Shown here piece after piece: positions 59,600 to 64,000 of a stretch of DNA of 64,000 nt. Made by a program: the position numbers and the translations under genes. The stretch comes from the human T2T-CHM13v2.0 reference genome, Homo sapiens: the NCBI RefSeq assembly GCF_009914755.1, contig NC_060933.1; one strand, 5' to 3'. Every line of letters starts with the position of its first letter. Within the stretch, counting starts at the first letter, position 1. Under the pieces are notes generated by a model. The model did not search any database. It saw only the letters and a program-made list of their open reading frames with translations, and was not told the origin of the DNA.

Positions 59600-61876
59600 C
59601 TGAGATGTGTGGTGATGACGCTGAGATGTGTGGTGATGACGCTGAGATGTATGGTGATGATGCTGAGATGTGATGACGCTGGGATGTGTGGTGATGACGC
59701 TGAGATGTGTGGTGATGACGCTGAGATGTGTGGTGATGACGGCATCACTGAGATGTGTGGTGATGACGCTGAGATGTGTGGTGATGACGCTGAGATGTGA
59801 TGACGCTGGGATGTGTGGTGATGACGCTGGGATGTGTGGTGATGATGCTGGGATGTGTGGTGATGACGCTGAGATGTGTGGTGATGACGGCATCACTGAG
59901 ATGTGTGGTGATGACGCTGAGACGTGTGGTGATGACGCTGAGACGTGTGATGACGCTGGGATGTGTGGTGATGACGCTGGGATGTGTGGTGATGACGCTG
60001 AGATGTGTGGTGATGACGGCATCACTGAGATGTGTGGTGATGACGCTGAGACGTGTGGTGATGACGCTGAGACGTGTGGTGATGACGCTGGGATGTGTGG
60101 TGATGACGCTGAGATGTGTGGTGATGGCATCACTGAGATGTGTGGTGATGACGCTGGGATGTGTGGTGATGACGCTGGGATGTGTGGTGATGACGCTGAG
60201 ATGTGTGGTGATGACGGCATCTCACTGAGATGTGTGGTGATGACGCCGAGACGTGTGGTGATGACGCCGAGACGTGTGGTGATGACGCCGGTATGTGTGG
60301 TGATGACACTGGGATGTGTGGTGATGACGCTGGGATGTGTGGTGATGACGCTGAGATGTGTGGTGATGACGGCATCTCACTGAGATGTGTGGTGATGACG
60401 CCGAGACGTGTGGTGATGACGCCGAGACGTGTGGTGATGACGCCGGGATGTGTGGTGATGACGCTGGGATGTGTGGTGATGACGCTGAGATGTGTGGTGA
60501 TGACGGCATCACTGAGATGTGTGGTGATGACGCTGAGACGTGTGGTGATGACGCTGAGACGTGTGATGACGCTGGGATGTGTGGTGATGACGCTGGGATG
60601 TGTGGTGATGACGCTGAGATGTGTGGTGATGACGGCATCACTGAGATGTGTGGTGATGACGCTGAGACGTGTGGTGATGACGCTGAGACGTGTGGTGATG
60701 ACGCTGGGATGTGTGGTGATGACGCTGAGATGTGTGGTGATGGCATCACTGAGATGTGTGGTGATGACGCTGGGATGTGTGGTGATGACGCTGGGATGTG
60801 TGGTGATGACGCTGAGATGTGTGGTGATGACGGCATCTCACTGAGATGTGTGGTGATGACGCCGAGACGTGTGGTGATGACGCCGAGACGTGTGGTGATG
60901 ACGCCGGTATGTGTGGTGATGACACTGGGATGTGTGGTGATGACGCTGGGATGTGTGGTGATGACGCTGAGATGTGTGGTGATGACGGCATCTCACTGAG
61001 ATGTGTGGTGATGACGCCGAGACGTGTGGTGATGACGCCGAGACGTGTGGTGATGACGCCGGGATGTGTGGTGATGACGCTGGGATGTGTGGTGATGACG
61101 CTGAGATGTGTGGTGATGACGGCATCACTGAGATGTGTGGTGATGACGCTGAGACGTGTGGTGATGACGCTGGGATGTGTGGTGATGACGCCGGGATGTG
61201 TGGTGATGACGCCGAGACGTGTGGTGATGACGCCGAGACGTGTGGTGATGACGCCGGGATGTGTGGTGATGACGCTGGGATGTGTGGTGATGACGCTGAG
61301 ATGTGTGGTGATGACGGCATCACTGAGACGTGTGGTGATGACGCTGAGACGTGTGGTGATGACGCTGGGACGTGTGGTGATGACGCCGGGATGTGTGGTG
61401 ATGACGCCGAGACGTGTGGTGATGACGCCGAGACGTGTGGTGACGACGCCGAGACGTGTGGTGACGACGCCGAGACGTGTGGTGACGACGCCGAGACGTG
61501 TGGTGACGACGCCGAGACGTGTGGTGACGACGCCGAGACGTGTGGTGACGACGCCGAGACGTGTGGTGACGACGCTGAGACGTGTGGTGACGACGCTGGG
61601 ACGTGTGGTGACGACGCTGGGACGTGTGGTGACGACGCTGGGACGTGTGGTGATGACGCTGAGATGTGTGGTGATGACGGCATCACTGAGATGTGTGGTG
61701 ATGACGCTGAGACGTGTGGTGATGACGCTGAGACGTGTGGTGATGACGCTGGGATGTGTGGTGATGACGCTGGGATGTGTGGTGATGATGCTGAGATGTG
61801 TGGTGATGACGCTGGGATATGCGGTGATGATGCTGAGATGTGTGGTCATGACGCTGGAATGTGTGGTGATGACGGC
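59600..61876. repeat. 21 bp VNTR GCTGAGATGTGTGGTGATGAC, ~100 units, with a 616 bp higher-order repeat
   Basis: Direct inspection; 7-aa periodic ORFs (MCGDDAE); ORF starts 60230/60846 and 60385/61001 differ by exactly 616. Confidence 0.97.
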
Positions 61877-62490
61877 AGTCGATGTTTCACCTGTGCTGAT
61901 CGCAGCAGCTGTGGTGTGGACAAAGTAGGCTTCAGCTATAGGTATTTTATAACAGGCAAACCGATTGCATTAGATTTCTAATACGCAAAAGCATACTTGT
62001 TAGAGAGCCTTCCCAGTGATAATTTGGTCTCTGAGCTCATAGCTTTAGGCTTGATTTCTCTGACGTTCATCGTCTCTGGGTTGAAAAGGATGATTAAGAA
62101 GCCCTTTACTGGACAGTACGTCAAGTAAAAAGAAGTGAAACTATTTGCTTTTAAAGAAAGGTTTATTTATGTTGACCAGCAGTTTTAATCATTTTGTCAT
62201 GGACTTCACAGGACACCTGTGAAGGTCACCTCACTGCTCCGTTGCTCACCGTCCTCTCAGACCTCCTGGGAATTGACCGATGCTCAGGCCTCTGTCCCCG
62301 GCCTTGCTTGCTCCCCTAGGGTGTGTCTGCCCTGGTCAGCCGCCTCACTGGGCCTGGGGCGGCCATGGCCAGGCCACACAGAAACACAGAAGGAACCTCA
62401 GAGTTAGAGCAGGGTGGTAAAGGGAAGAGCGTGCCTTGCCGAGTTAGTTCTGACAGAGGGACCTGCCTGTTCAATTCCGCAGGAGACTAG

Positions 62491-62832
<342 letters not shown>

Positions 62833-64000
62833 TAAAATCATACCACGTTCGCGGTTCTTCCAGTGTAAGAGTTCCGTAGTGCTGTGAATCGGGCACAGAG
62901 TCAGCTTTTCTGCCCCCGAGTCCTGCAGGTGGATCAGTGCTTCCCGCTGTTTCTTCCGGCATTTACCACGGCCTTTGAGAAGAGCATGCCGCCATTTGGC
63001 TGTTTCTTGATTTGCTTTCTTTGGTTTTGGTTTTGGTTCTTCACACTCATGACGTCCCTCTGGGGGAGCCAAGCACTCGCAGAGGCACGGACGCCCCTCC
63101 CCCAGCCCCGTTGACTGGCTCCCATTTTGTTTAGATCAGATCGTGTGAGCATTTTCAAGCTGAACCACGTCGTCTACAGGGTATGTTGTGTCTGTCGTTA
63201 ATCACTGGCTTGTGTTTCTGTTGGTTGAGTTGACTCTGCCACCTGCTAATTTATTCTGAACCATCTGAACGCTGCCCGCTTGTCTCTGGGTTCAGACACA
63301 CGACGCTGTTTGTCCCCCTGTGACGCCCCTTCCCTGATCCCGGTGTTGGATCCCCTGTTTCTCAAGTGCCAGGTTTGAGTCTGGTGCAGTCTGACTTCTG
63401 ATCCTTTGTGTGTGACCTATTATTTCTGGAGACTTTAGGAACTTTCCTTGAACCCCACTGGTCTGAAGTTGTACCTCATTGTAATGTGGGTCTTTTTAGA
63501 TCCACTGGGGCATTTGGTGCATGTGCTGTGCCCTTTCAGTGCAGAAATCCACACCTGTCAGTTCTAGGAGGATTTCCTGTGTGACTTCTGTGCCCAGGTC
63601 TTCTACCTGTCTCAGCTCTGTCCTGGGACTCTCATAACTCAGGTGTGGAACCTTCCAGACCGATTTCCTGCCGTGGTCTGTTTTCTTGTCTTTTGGTTCT
63701 GCCTTCTAGGCAGCATTCTCACCTTCAGCTTCCAGCTCCTGGGGGATTCTTAACATGTGTGGTCACATTTTCAAATCCCAGTAATTCCTTTCTGCTCTTA
63801 GATAGTTCCTCTTTCAGTAGCCTCTTTTTCTTCCCTTATTTCTCTGATGGTATTATGGTTATTTTGAAGTTTTATGCTGCTGTGTTTTAGTTTTTCTTAT
63901 CTAAAGGTTTTCCTCAAATGCCCAGTGATTCTCGTTTATATTTAAAGTAAACTACTGAAAAGCTGGTGGTAGCTCTTGCTTGCCGGGGGCTTGTCAGCTG

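Noticed and set aside
59600-61876. Annotating a true C/D snoRNA cluster
   Set aside because: Box motifs come from the repeat unit; no convincing terminal stems or guide sequences. Kept only as a low-weight hypothesis.
59546-61981. Many 200-367 aa ORFs (MCGDDAE, SSPH and VITT repeats)
   Set aside because: Consequence of a 21 bp unit (multiple of 3) inside an intron; no evidence of coding.

Overview
Human (or very close primate) genomic DNA from the middle of EHMT1 (GLP/KMT1D, H3K9 methyltransferase, Kleefstra syndrome gene, 9q34.3 subtelomere), transcribed on the + strand. Twelve consecutive coding exons lie in the window; I number them 4-15 from memory of the main transcript. All have AG/GT boundaries and splice in frame to 1740 nt (580 aa), covering the basic/acidic N-terminal region, the Cys-rich region and the start of the ankyrin repeats. 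The start codon and SET domain are outside the window. Introns are filled with Alus (including a young AluYa5 nested inside an older Alu), old L1 fragments, LTRs, DNA-transposon fossils and many minisatellites. The most unusual feature is a 439-bp inverted repeat (5879-6317 vs 17992-18430, 5 mismatches) bracketing exon 4. It sits inside two old, otherwise diverged L1 3' ends and is strongly GC/CpG-shifted, which suggests ongoing gene conversion and a very long pre-mRNA duplex or inversion substrate around a frameshifting exon. Also notable: a ~100-bp-arm hairpin just after exon 11, a 2.3-kb 21-mer VNTR with a 616-bp higher-order repeat in intron 14, an in-frame alternative acceptor in exon 5, a candidate intronic poly(A) site in intron 10, and an RFX/CCAAT/GC-box cluster in intron 9. 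Repeat subfamily names are from remembered consensus sequences and repeat boundaries are approximate.
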